Assembly: GCA_002104945.1 (NCBI GenBank) | Contig: MCFH01000026.1 | Location: 124,001 to 188,000, forward strand | From: Piromyces finnis finn | Lineage: Eukaryota; Fungi; Neocallimastigomycota | Direction of reading: 5' to 3' | DNA length: 64,000 nt | Part shown: positions 1 through 28,944 of the stretch, piece by piece | Numbering within the stretch: position 1 is the stretch's first letter | Layout of the letters: every line of letters starts with the position of its first letter | Position numbers and translations under genes: made by a program | The notes under the pieces: generated by a model | What the model saw: only the letters and a program-made list of their open reading frames with translations | Told to the model about the DNA's origin: nothing | Databases searched by the model: none

Positions 1-3000
1 TTTTTGGGTCATTATTAGAATTAACAGATTTAGTGGTTTCTTGCTTTAAATTTACTGTTGCTTCTTTTTTATTAGTGGTGGTTTTTTTCTTAGGACTGTC
101 ACTTACTTTAGATATCATACTATTAGAGGGTGAAAGTCTATCATTAGGTATTTTAATTAAATTATTTTCTTTTTTTATTCCATTTGTTAAATTACTTTTA
201 TGAAGTGTATGATCTACTTTATTTTTTATATCGCTTTTAATATCACCCTTTTTTGTCGGTGTAGTATCTTTAGAGAGAGATTTAATGAAAGAAGTAGATT
301 TTAGTTTTTCATTATATATTCGTTTTCTTAGCAAATCCTTTTTAGTAAAAATTTTATTAGCTGATGATGGTGTAGAAATATTTTGTTGAGATTCTTTTGT
401 ATTTGCAGTATTTTCTTTATGCTTGATGTCAATACTACTTTTTAAGGTACTTGCTTTTAATCGTTTATTCAGTGTCCCTGAGGAATGTGTTGCTGTTGAT
501 AGGGGTATATTGTTGCCAGCAGTTTTTTCTAGTTTTCCTTTAATATTACTATCAACTCTTCCTACAATTTTTTTCTTAATTTCTTTTTCAATGAAATATT
601 GTTTTGTTTGTGTTTCTTTTGATAATGGTTTTAAAGAAGATGCTTCTTTTTCTATTTTTTTCCCATTTTTTTCCATTAATGGGGATGCAATTTTTCCATT
701 TTTTGTAAGTTTTAATGAATTTTTCAATTTATTTGTTGTGAGTTTTGTGGCATTATTTATATTGCTTTTCTTTTGAGGGGATAATAATAATTTCGAATTA
801 TTATTAATAAGGGTTTTATCGATTGATTCTGAATGTGATTTATTTATATTATCATTACCATTACCATTATTATCATTATCATTATCATTATTATCATCGT
901 CATTATTATTACCATTAATTATATTATTATCATTATCATCATCATTATTGTTGTTTTTATTACTTTGATCTTCATTTTTTTTATTTGTTTTGTTGTTATT
1001 ACCAATTTCCATCAGCTCTTCTTTCATAGGTAGTGTATCTTCTTTGTTAAAAATAGTAATATCTTTGTTAGTATTATTAATATTATTTTTAATATTATCA
1101 TTAGTAGTAGGATAGTTAGTATTATTCTGATCTTTTTCATCTGTATCTTCTAATGAAACATCCTTTTCTTTATTTAATTTATTATCAAAAACTATCTCAG
1201 TATCTTTACTATTGAACAAATCATTTTCGTTTTTAATTTCTTCTTTTTCTGTTAATAACAGTTCATCTTTAGTATTATTATAATTTTTTAAAGAATTATT
1301 ATTGTCATTTTCTTTTTTTAAAACTAAACCTTCAGCAGAAATATTATTATTTAATTTAAAATTATCCTTATTACTCATATTACCAATTTCTTGTGTTATT
1401 GGTATATTATTTAAAGCAACATCTTTTTTTTGGAGAATGTTATTTTTTTTATTTTCTTCATCATCTATTTTAATACTTGTATCAACTTTGTTAGATTTTT
1501 CAGCAACAGACTTTATTGTATTATCACTTTCCTTTGATTTATTTAAATTATTAAGATCTTCTAATGATATTAGAGATTCTATGTCATTATCTTCTTTTAA
1601 TTTTTTAAAACTTTTATTAATATTTCTTAGTTCTTTTAATGTTTCAATAATCGAAGATCTTGATGCTGATTGTGGTCTAGAAGTACTTTTTTGTTCATCT
1701 GCTCTTAATCCATCATAATTACTATTTGTTTTTTTATCAGGTAATATTTCTTTTTTATTTGAATCATCAAAATCAGCATTTGAATTTCCATTTTCAATTG
1801 TATTATTTTTTGAATAATTGAATTTATTATTTGAATTATTTAATAATACATCTTCTTGTTCTATATGATATTTATTATTATTCATTGAAACATTAGTCAG
1901 CGAATTATTTTGTTTTTTATCCTTAGCTTCATTCTTCTTATCATTTATACTTGATTCTGATTTTACTGTTTCTTCGTCTATTTTCGGAATACCACATTCT
2001 TCGATATTTAAACCAATTGTGCCGTTAATAACAATTTTTTGATTCGATACATTTCTATCACTACATTTTAGTCTGTTTATAACATCATCTAACTCAACTT
2101 CGGATACTATATCTGATTCTACAACTGAAATTTGATCAATATTGGATATAAAATTACCACTATATTCACTTTTAATATTTTCTTTATTATCTTTAATTAC
2201 AATTTTTTTTAAATTCTCATGCTTTTCACCAGAAGAATCAATATTTTTGTTATTATCTTCTTTATTATTTATTGATAATGAGGTTTCTAAATTATTATTA
2301 ACATTGAAATTATCATGGTGAATAGTATTGCTTTTATTCTCAATATCATTGTATGTTGTTTCTTGGTTTTGACAATTTTTACTTGTTTTATTATTTTTTT
2401 CATTCATATTAGCATCTATTACTTTATTACTATCATTTTCCTTATTTTTTTCAATTTTTATTAAATTATCATCCCCGTTTTCATTTCTTTCATTCTTTTC
2501 TTCCGTTTTTATTAAACTATTATCTCCATACTCATCTCTTTCATTATTTTCGTCAATTTTTATTAAGCTATCATTTCCATTTTCATCTCTTTCATTATTT
2601 TCGTCAATTTTTATTAAGCTATCATTTCCATTTTCATCTCTTTCATTATTTTCGTCAATTTTTATTAAGCTATCATTTCCATTTTCATCTCCTTCATTAT
2701 TTTCAATTTTTATTAAGCTATCATTTCCATTTTCATCTCCTTCATATTCTTCAAACTCAGATTCATAATCATTATCATAATTTATGTCTTCATTTTTAAT
2801 ATCTTCTTTATTTATATTATTTTCTTTTATTATGTCAATATCAATATTATTATTATTATTATTTATTTGATTTTTATTAATATTAATATTTATTTTAGTA
2901 TCTATATTTTTATTTTCAATTTTTTTAAATTCTTTTTTTTCTTCAATCTTATTAATTTTAGACTTATCATTCATAGATATTGTTTTTTTATTATTAAATA

Positions 3001-4962
3001 AAAGTAATAATTATATATATATATATATGTATAAAATAATTAAAATACATAATGTTTATATGTAATTTACTATAAGTTTAAATACCTTGGTATTTGAATC
3101 ATTCTCTTTTATATTAATATCTTGAGTAATTAAGTCCGTAGTATTTTTACCTGTTATATGATTGTGAATATCTAATGATGACAAAATTTCTCTTTTTTTA
3201 TTATTTAGTATTTTCTTTCTTTTAGATTGGAATCTATACCATCTTTGAATAACCTCAGCACAATGATTTAAATGCTTAATAAAAGAAGGACTTAACTTAT
3301 TCCAAATATCAATATCGAAATCAATGTTATTCTATAATATATTATATAATGTTACAGTAATAATTAATATAAAGGCATATTAAAAATAATTATTTATCTA
3401 TTGGTAGTAACTAATTATGGAATATTCATAATAGTATATGTTATTAAATATAATAAAAGTTTTATAAGCGATTTACATTATTTATAATATCTGATACAAA
3501 AGTATTAGATTGATTATCAGTGAAGTTTGTGTTACTTATATCAGAATTTTCATTATTTAATTTTTGATTATTTATAAGATAGTCTAATTGTTTTATAGTC
3601 ATTTCTGTTTCTTTTAATGAAGAATGATTATAGATATTATCTTCAATTTTATCATCAACTTTTTTTATATATATATTAAAAATTAATATAAATATATAAT
3701 ATATAATATGCAATAATATAAATAAGTAGTTTAATATATTAAAAATCGTTTAATATTAAATGAGTAGTTTATTTATATATTCTTAATATTTAATTTAATA
3801 ATAATGTATTAATACTTACTTATCTGATTATTTTCATTTTCATTATTAGAGGGAAATTTAAATAATGCATCATTTTTACCATTAATAGAATTTGGTTGAA
3901 GTGCGTCCATTAGGTTTAATTCACTATTGGAATTTACATTTACTAGAAGATTAACATTATTGTTTTCATTATTAATATCATTTAGTATTATGTTTTCGTT
4001 TTTTTCATGAATTGATTGTGAATGTAATTCGTTACTATCATTTTCTAATTGTAACTGCGATGAAAGTGATGATGTATCTTTATCATAATCTGAAAATAAT
4101 AGTTTTGATAAATTTTCAATTTTGCTGACTATGTCTTTATTTTGTTTTATTTTGTTCCATTCTTCATTTAAATTTTCAGGAAAAGTAATTTCATTAGGAT
4201 TAAAATTTTGAAAGTCGCTATTTAAAAAGGGCATACTTTCATTTTTAATTAAGTCTTCTTCTGATATATTAAAGTCTAAAGTAATACTATTATCTGTTTC
4301 ATCAATAAAATTATTTTGAATAATGTCTACATAATTTTTATGTATTAATAAAAATATTTAAAAATTATGTTGATATTTATAAATATATGCTTTAAGTAAA
4401 AGAAAAAAATATATATACTTTTTGATAGTTTGCTTTTTATTTCATTAGGTTCCCACGGAGTTTGAAAAACATAATTACTTGACGTTTTGTTTCTATTAGT
4501 TTTTGCTGAAGAAGCTCTTTTTTTTTCAAGTATGGTTTTATTTTTAGTGGATTGTAAAAAAAGTTGACTTGATGAATTACTTCTTTTTAAGGGTATAGAA
4601 CTTTTTTTAAGTTTAGAAAGGGTTTTAATAGAATTATTGTTTTTGGTATATTGCTTAGAGTTATTTTTGTTTTTATTAAAATATAATGTATTATTATTCA
4701 AATTTTCATATTTTTTATCAAGTGAAGTGGAAGGGTGAGAGAGAGAAACGCCTTGAAGTATTCCTATATATATTGTCATATTATTGTAATAAAATAAGTA
4801 TATATATTTATTATTTATATTATTAAATTAGAATAAATAATAATTTATTATGAACCATTGTCATTCAGATAGTATTGAATAATAAATGTTATATTAATAT
4901 TATATATGAAAAATATATAATATTATAAAGTATTGATAGAATTTACCTAACTTATTATCCAT
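1..4962 (-). CDS. Uncharacterised large low-complexity (K/E/N/D/S-rich) protein with one IQ-like motif; 3' end runs off the window start
   Basis: Hand-spliced, phase-consistent exons: 4962-4947 (ATG GAT AAT AAG TTA G|gtaaat), 4763-4419, 4326-3820, 3658-3477, 3331-3086, ~2962-1. The last exon is in the same frame at both ends; I spot-checked it and did not translate it fully. It is missing from the ORF track because no stop falls inside the window. Exon 5 encodes CAEVIQRWYRFQSKRKK (IQ-like). No other domain recognised. Confidence 0.75.
2440..2739 (-). repeat. Coding 51-bp (17-aa) tandem repeat, about 6 copies
   Basis: Three identical units at 2539-2589, 2590-2640 and 2641-2691, a 48-bp copy at 2692-2739 and degenerate copies at 2440-2538. 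The minus strand encodes RDENGNDSLIKIDENNE. Confidence 0.95.
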
Positions 4963-6791
4963 TTTCTTTTAATATCTTTTTCTTTTTATTACAAAATTAT
5001 ATTATTAAGTGTTTATAATTAGTTATAATTAGTTGATTAATTATAATTATATATAAATAAATAATTTATATTCCTTTAGCTGTCATATTTTTTTTTTCAA
5101 GATAATTAAATATTTAATTAAAAATTTAATTCAGTAACATTTTTAAAATTGAAATTATATATTAATTAAAATTACATTATAAATTTAATTAATATATAAC
5201 TCAACCAATTAGCCGAAAAAAAAAATAAGTCTGAATAATGTAAAAATATATAGATAATAGTATATTATAATTTTTTGATATAGGTTATAATTTTGAGAAA
5301 ATTTATAGAAGAAAAAAAATAATAATTATTTTTTATATGATATTATACAAATTTCTATTAATTATAGATATATAATATACGAAAAAATGACAATTCGATT
5401 ACTTTTATGTAATTGAATCTTATTTAAAGTTCTAAAGTAGAAATCCGCAAAAACAGCTAATATATCATTATTATTAACAATCTTTGAAATAACTAAATCA
5501 GTGCCTTGAATAATTAAATAAAAGACAATGATAAATAAGATTTCTTACAACTAATATGTATATTATTACAATCACTTATTGAAAAACTATAAATAGTAAT
5601 GCTTTACTAAAAACAGAATAATTAGATTCAATATATATCAATTAAAATTATTGATGAAGTTATATATATATACAGAAGTAACTTTTTTTTTTTTTTTGTT
5701 GTTATTGTAGTTGATCTAATTCATCATTTGCTGTTTTACTGCTTTCATAAATTAAATGAATTTACATTATTATAAATTTCTATTTCTCTTGATTCTAACC
5801 ATTATTTATTGTTATTTTGTTGGTCCTAAAATTATGCAGAAATTAAGATAAATTAAGATTATAATAAACTATATAATTCTGGAAGATATGATTTTTTACT
5901 TAAATTTTAACTATTGAAGAGACAATATTTTAATTTTGAGTTGTTGAAAAAATTAAATAATAAATAAATTGAAAAAAATATTAAGAAAAAGAAAAAAAAA
6001 GAAAAGAAAATATTTATAATTATACTTCAAATAAGAAAATTTTTCATGTAAACTTATTACTTGATGAATAATATGGATAATAATAATACATGCTAAAAAT
6101 GATATTATTAACAAAAATGTTAATTCATATAATTAATATTATACATTGTGCTAATCAACACTATTTTTTATAACTATTTTAGAAATAAATGTAAAAGTAA
6201 TCTTATATTTTATCATTTATTAATAAATTAATAGATGTGAAATATTTTACAATGAATTTATAATTTAAATATTATTACTGGGTAATATTATTTTTTATAG
6301 TAAATATAATATAAAATAAAACATACTAAAAAATGTAAATGAATTATTAAAAACTAAGAATTAGAATAACATAATAAACAATTTAGTTATATAAAATATT
6401 AGTGTATATTCATAATCATTATACAATCTATTATTATTTTTAATTTTGCAGATATATAGTTATAAAAATCATTATTAGATATTAAAATACTTTTTTTTTA
6501 GTATTAATTGTTTATTATTTAATATTTGATTATTTTTCTTTATTGTAATTGCGTCTAATGATATATATATGTATATAGTATATATAGTATATATATTGAT
6601 AATTGATATTTTTAATAGTATACATAACAAAAAATTGTAATAATTTTTTTCTTTAATATATTTACAATATTTTTTTACTTAAAATGATTTGTTTTATAAA
6701 ATAAATATATGGGAATATCTTTTCTTTTCTAACATTTATTATATTACTATTTTGGTGATAAATAATTGAATGGTGAATACTTATAATTAAT

Positions 6792-22210
<15,419 letters not shown>

Positions 22211-23509
22211 ATTTGAATATTTTTATTTTATTATAAAACTTTTAAAAATTATCTTAAATACGTTTATAGAATTCTTTTCATATAATTCAAATATATATTT
22301 AATATTAATTTTTTATTATAAATAAATATTTTAAATTTGTATATAATTATGTTAGCACTTTATAGATAAATGTTTTAAAATGGTATATATTATCTATAAA
22401 GTTAATTTTTAACAAATATATATATTATATATATTATATATATCAAAAATTATTTTTTTCTTAGATGTTTAAAAGAAAAAAAAAAAGTTTTAAATATAAT
22501 TATTGAAATTAAATATTGATATTAAATATAATTTTTAATTACAAATGAAGTTTATTTATATTAATGTTTTTATAAAATGTTATGAAATTATGGAACAAAT
22601 TAAAAAGAAATATATATATAATTTTAAAATTTAACTTTTACAACATATAAATTATTATAAAAAAATTACAAAAAAAAAAAAAAGAATTTTAATATAAATA
22701 AATGATTAAATTTTTTTTCTTTTTTTCTTTCTTTCTAAAAGCCTTTAATAATATCCTTTTCGTATATATTTAGGATTAATAAAAGAAAGAAAATAATAAA
22801 TAATTATAATACTTTATTGTATAAATATATATTTTTATTAATTTACTTTTTATTTTTTGTTATTTTATATTTATATATATATATATTTTAAATTTTTGTT
22901 ATATTTGAAATTTTAATTAATATATATTCTTTAAATTAATTTACCACTACTTTTATATTTTAATTATTAAAACACCGACAAAAAAAAATAAAGATATTTA
23001 AACTAACTTTTTCTTCCATTTTTATTATATTATATATAAAGAAAAAAAAAATACACATTTAAATATAAATATTATTTTAAAAATTCAAATTATATAAAAA
23101 CTATTATATAATACTTTTCTTATGCTATACAAAAAAAAAAAAAAGTTTTTTAAAACATTATCACCTTTTTATATATCTTTTATCATTTCAAAGAATATAT
23201 ATACAATTACTTCTATAGTTAATTATTTAAGGGATAATTATTCAATTCAATAACAAAAATAAAATTAAAAAGATGTACAATTAATTCTTTTTATGTTTTA
23301 TTTTTATAATTTTATTATAATTTTTTGTTTTTTGTTTTTTGTTTTTTTTTTCTTTTTATTCTTATTTTATTTTATTTAATTTTTAAAAAAAAATTATATG
23401 TTTTTTAATATATAAACTTGTTGATTTTAAATAACAAATATTATCTATTAATATAATTATTTGTTCAAAAAAACAACAATTTTATATAAAAGTATATTTC
23501 AAAATCTAT

Positions 23510-24511
23510 CTAGAAACCGTGAATCTTAACTTGAGATTTGGTGGCAATCTTTTCATCAACAAGGAATTGTTGAACCTTTAAACGGTGATCACCTTGAAGT
23601 TGGATAACTTCACCATAATCTTCGTTTTCAACAATAGTACCGTTACAGGCAAAAACCTTTTTGAATTCCTTTAAGATTTTCTTTTGGGAAATTTCCTTTG
23701 GTAAACCAGTAATGGTAGTTAAAGTTTTACGGCCATTACGTTGTTGAATACGGATGTCTTTTTGATTATTAATATTAGTTAAAACTCTATATTTCAAAAT
23801 TTTAATTATACAATTATATTTTATTTTTGTAAAACTTACGGATGTAATCAAAACTCTTGGCTTGGGTTTCTTCTTCACCAGTATCGGCAAATGGATCGTA
23901 AGATTTGAAATCTATTTTAAAAAAATAAAAATTTTAAAGTTTGTTTATTATTATAATTTTCAAATTTATTGATTTTATTTATGTTAATAATTATTACTTA
24001 CTTTGAATGTCTTTTAATTCCAAAGATTAAACATATAAACAAACAAATATATTTATATATATAAATTAAAAAAAGGTTAATATTTACAAACTTTTATTAA
24101 TTTACTTTACTATAATAAAATTCAAGATTTAATAATTAATAGTTATTTATTCAAAATATTACTGCCTTAAAATTTATTGTATATTTTTTTAAAAAATAAT
24201 TTTTTTTTTTTTCTTATCATAACTGCTTTATTTTTACAAATCAACAAATGGTTTTCAATCTTTCGTAATCTTATAAATAAAAATGTTTCATATTTTCAAT
24301 ATCATTTTAAAATATGTTTTTTTTTTTTTTTTTTACTTTTCTTTTTTTTCAATTAATATCAACTTTAATAAACTATTTTAATTTGCAGAATAAAATGCTT
24401 TCATTTAAATTAACTTCTGTTTTTTATTCAACATTTGGCTCCATGATCATTTTCTAATTCACTATGTTATTTCGATATATTTTAACATCTAAATTACTGC
24501 TTACCAGACAT
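23510..24511 (-). CDS. SUI1: Translation initiation factor eIF1 (111 aa)
   Basis: Exons 24511-24505 (ATG TCT G|gtaagc), 24010-24002 (9 nt, |gtaagt), 23911-23840, 23757-23510. They splice to MSDIQNFKSYDPFADTGEEETQAKSFDYIHIRIQQRNGRKTLTT...ACNGTIV...VIQLQGDHR...VKIHGF, with canonical SUI1 motifs and C-ending codons typical of highly expressed genes. Confidence 0.95.
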
Positions 24512-24563
24512 ATAAAATTTTTTTGATTTATTTAATACTATTATTTAGTTTTTATTTGAAGTG

Positions 24564-24594
<31 letters not shown>

Positions 24595-25432
24595 TTTATA
24601 GTATTTTTTCTGTGTAAATATATAATATATTATAAATATATTTTAACATAAATAAAAAATTGATTTAATTAATTATTAATAAATTATTAATATAAAATAT
24701 AAAATAGATAATATAATAAAATTTAACAGAAATATATATTTTAATATATTTACTTAATTTAATAATGTACTGTTAACATATATTATTTAAATTAAAAACA
24801 TATTTCTTTGTCACATGATCATATAGAGTATCAAGATATTTTCAATTTAAATTGTTGATTATATAATATATAAAAAATATATTATATTAAATTGAAAGGA
24901 TTTAAAAATAGTATATGGAGGAGTAATTTATTGAACTTTATAAAATGTAACAAAATTGTATATGAATTCTATGTAATAGTACAATTACATAAATGATGTT
25001 TTTTATTATTAATAAGCAATAAGAAATCATTATTTTTATAATATTAAAATTGTATGTAAAATAGAAATTCTTTAATGGTAAAAAAAACTCTTGATATTAA
25101 AGTAATAAAAATTCAACTAATTGAAAAAGCATGACTAAAAGTCTGGTAAGAGAAAATTTTTGTTTGGATAAAAGTGGTGTTAAGAAGTATACTAAATTTA
25201 TATTATTAGTAAATAGAAATTGGTGATATGTTATGTTTACTTTTTTATCATGAACTGTTTTTATTATGCCTAGAAAGAAAGGGCATTTTATTCAATTAAT
25301 ATTTAGAATGGAATAAAATATTGATAATTTTTAAATTAATATATTTATAAATATATATGTAAATAGAAATAACTTTATAAAAATTAGTTTGTAAAATTAG
25401 AAAACTTTAGGTATATTTCATCTCGGATGGGT

Positions 25433-25473
25433 TTTATTGTTAGTATACATATTGTATGTATACTAACAATAAA
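25433..25473. other. Perfect 19-bp inverted repeat (hairpin) with 3-nt loop
   Basis: tttattgttagtatacata-TTG-tatgtatactaacaataaa; the arms are exact reverse complements. Confidence 0.95.
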
Positions 25474-26191
25474 GTTAATACATTATCTTGGTGACTTTTT
25501 TTCTAAAATATTATTTCTTTAATTGTAACTAAAATTAAAATTTGTAACTTGAAAAAAGATAAATTTTATTCAATACTTTATAATATCAAAAAGGTATTAT
25601 AAAAAATTATTTTAATAATAAAAAGTTATTTTTGGCATTAGTAAAATTAATATATTAATTGGGGGAAGTAAAATGGAAATGAAAAGGATTAGAATTAAAA
25701 TTACAATTTATATTAATAAACATGATTTGGTGGAAGGATTAAAATTTTATAAAGATATATATTCTTAACCTTTTTTTTAATTCAGTAATTTATTTAAAAA
25801 ACTTTTTATATATTTATTTCTTATTTATGTATTTTAACTATAAATATATAAATATAATTTTTATATTTTTAATTTAGTTGCCTTTCTTTTTTTTTTTTTT
25901 TAATTATTAATTTTTGTTATTATATTTTATTTTATTATTATGGATATATGTTATTTTTCAAAAAAAAAAAAAAATAATTATATAGTTATTATTATACATT
26001 ATACAATATTAAAATAAATTTTTTATTATATAAAAAAAAAAAGATTTTCATTTCGTATATTGCAAATAAAAGTAATTACTGAATAGTTATTTATAATTAC
26101 TATTATTTTTTTTTATTATGATACTTTAATTTTCGTATATCTTGTATTATCAATGGATTTATTTTTCTAATTAAAACTATAAATGATAAAT

Positions 26192-28944
26192 TTAATTAGT
26201 TTCTATTACATCAGTTTTTACTTTTTCAGTTATATTACTTGTTTCTTTTTCAGTATTTGGGGAAGTTTCTATTGATTCTTTGCCCTTAGAAGATGAACTT
26301 TCATTATTTTCAATTGGACTTTCAGAAGAAACAGTAGTATGTTCTGATGATGAATTGTCTATATTAGTAATATTATTTGAACTAGAACTTTCATTATTAT
26401 CTGCATTTTGTTGTTGTGGAAATTCTGGCATATAACTTAATACTTGATTTAATTGATTAACAATACCGTTTAATTGTTGATTGATTTCAGATATGGTCTT
26501 TATGCGAGATATGACATTTTGACGTAAACTTCCTTCAATTTCTTTTAATTTTTCATCAGATAATGATTCAATTGGTGGAATGCTTGAATCAGCATCTATA
26601 AATATATATGAACATCAATAATAAGTTATTATAGTTTTTGTTAATATTTTAAGAATAATAATTTATGAATTTTTGTTTAATGATTTATAAAGAATATTTA
26701 ATATTACTTGGTCCTAAACTTGCAATTGGTGTTAATGTTAACGGTATAATTGAATTATTTTCATTATTTTGTGCCTATAGATTTTATATTTATATATTTT
26801 TAACATTTTTTTAAAGTATAGAGTATAATTAACACTGAGAATAGTTTAAATATTATTATGAATTAAATGATATATTATTAATATTTACGTTTACTATTGT
26901 TATATTGGAGGTTGGAATAGCAAAGTTATGTGGTAAAGTAAATGAGTTAATACTTGAGTTTCTGAAGAATGGTTGTGTAATGCCTGAACTAATTGTTGAT
27001 GATGTAGCTGGAACTGATCTTTGTGTTGTAGTTTCAGTAGAATTTCTATTTTGTGTAGTATTTGTAGCTGCTGGTGATTGGTTATTTTGTGCTTGGTTTT
27101 GATTATTTTGTTGAGCTTGAGGTTGCTGTTGTTGAGCTTGCTCAGCGGCTGGTTGAGCATTTCTATTATTATTATTATTATTATTGTTGTTATTATTATT
27201 GTTATTATTATTATTATTATTGTTGTTGTTGTTTTGAGCATTATCTAATAATGAGCATCGGCTATAGTATAAAATTATTATTGATTAATAAAAAAATACA
27301 TAGATACTATATGTTTATGATAGGAATATATATATATATATATAAATAAAAGACATACCAAGTTGGACAACTTTGTTGTCTTTCTAACCAACTCTTTAAA
27401 CATCTAAGATGGAAAATATGACCACATCTTAATTTCTTTGGAACATCAGGACTGTTATTGTCTGCTTGAACAGTCATTTCTTCACGACAAATAATACAAA
27501 TATTATCATTTTCAGTGAGATCTTCTTCAGTGGCATTTGGATAACGTTCATTCATATTTCTGGTGGCCTTCTTATAGTGTACTAAATCACGACAATGTTG
27601 AATAAAGCTTCTGAAGGTTACATAAAGATCACGAATTAAATGTAGTGGTAATCCGTAACGGTGAACAATTACAGCAAAGAATACTGTGTAACATATAAGA
27701 ACGAAGAATTCTTTTGTTTCAAGGAAGATATGAAAGTAAATTAATTGTCAGTTTTATTTTTTTCAATTATCAATTTTTTATATCTTTTTTTATTTAAAAT
27801 TAATCTACCTCTAATAAGATCAATGTAGAAAATGTACATAGATTTGTTTTCCCATGGTTCTTCTCTTCTTAAGTCAATTGAATGAAGAATATACTTTAAT
27901 AAACCAGTTAAAGCATTTGACCATAAAATTGTGTACTATTCAGAGAGGAGTTAATAAAAAAGTATATATATAGTCTATAAATATCATATTTTATTATTAA
28001 TTATTTCGTTAAAAATCCTCATTTACCTCAAAACCTAATACAATAACCATTGAGATACCAAACTTTAATGTATAATCCAATGACCAAACAAGCATTAAAG
28101 AATCCAACAGTAATAAAATACCGATAACACTGATAATTCTTACATGGAATAACAATGATTGATTAATACCTTGTTCCATCTAGATTTTTGTTAAAAGTTT
28201 ATATTAAATACAATGATTTATATTAATATATACAGAAAAAAAAAAGTATATGTATAAATATTATGGCTATATTTTATTTTTTTAATATATCATTGGTATT
28301 AAACTTACAAAATCAATTCTATCCTGCATAAGCCAATGGAAAATTTTCATTATTATTAAAATTGTAATTAAAAGGGCAAATTTTGCACTAAATTCACCTC
28401 TGAAAACAGTAAGTGCTAAACATAATTCTGAAACAGCATACCATGATCTTTCATATAAATGCTTTTAAAATAACATGGAATCAAATATGAATATATATAT
28501 ATATAGGTATTTTAATAAATTATTAAGTAAATATATGAAAATACGAAAATGTTATTATAACGATAAAATAATGTGATAATGTGATACAGTTGTTTAAATG
28601 TATATTATATTTGCCAAAAGAATTACCTCAATTTCAATTGCGCGTAAAGGTCCGAAGAATATTTTTTGAATAATTTTACAAACTATGATAAATATGTATA
28701 TGGCCATACTAAATAGGACCTAAATATCCAAATTGGTAAACAAATAATTGTTATTTAAATTATTATATACAAGTAAAGATATGTGTATATATTGGATTAA
28801 AATTTGATATTTTACCAATATACTAGCGTTAGAATGACTAATGTAAATACATGTTGAAAAGAATTGACCTCTTTGAATGTAGGCGTTAATAAGTGTATAA
28901 ATTGAAAGTAAGGTACTTATAGCACCAAATAATGCTAATCTCAT
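26192..28944 (-). CDS. HRD1: ERAD E3 ubiquitin ligase Hrd1/synoviolin (~616 aa, 9 exons)
   Basis: Phase-consistent exons: 28944-28816, 28719-28627, 28461-28309, 28179-28027, 27935-27809, 27710-27359, 27261-26889, 26774-26708, 26595-26192. N-terminal TM region (FFGPLRAIEIEHLYERSWY, KIFHWLMQDRIDFME, GLPLHLIRDLYVTFRSF) and RING-H2 CIICREEM...[28 protein letters not shown]. Confidence 0.95.
27165..27233 (-). repeat. Coding AAT/AAC repeat (poly-Asn, ~23 residues) just after the HRD1 RING
   Basis: In frame in exon 7: DNAQ-N(~23)-RNAQPAAEQAQ. Confidence 0.85.

Noticed and set aside
423-1718. Plus-strand hydrophobic ORFs 423-776 and 1302-1718
   Set aside because: Antisense shadows of the K/E/N-rich minus-strand exon; F/L/S-rich composition is expected from the reverse complement.
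25131-25226. 31-aa plus-strand ORF MTKSLVRENFCLDKSGVKKYTKFILLVNRNW
   Set aside because: Too short, no recognisable motif or splice support; chance ORF or unidentifiable relic.
25433-25500. Hairpin as a Helitron 3' end
   Set aside because: The stem is AT-rich and no CTRR terminus followed by T lies at the expected short distance on either strand.
26900-27349. ORFs 26900-27241, 26905-27102 and 27074-27349
   Set aside because: Off-frame or antisense readings of HRD1 exon 7 and its poly-Asn repeat.
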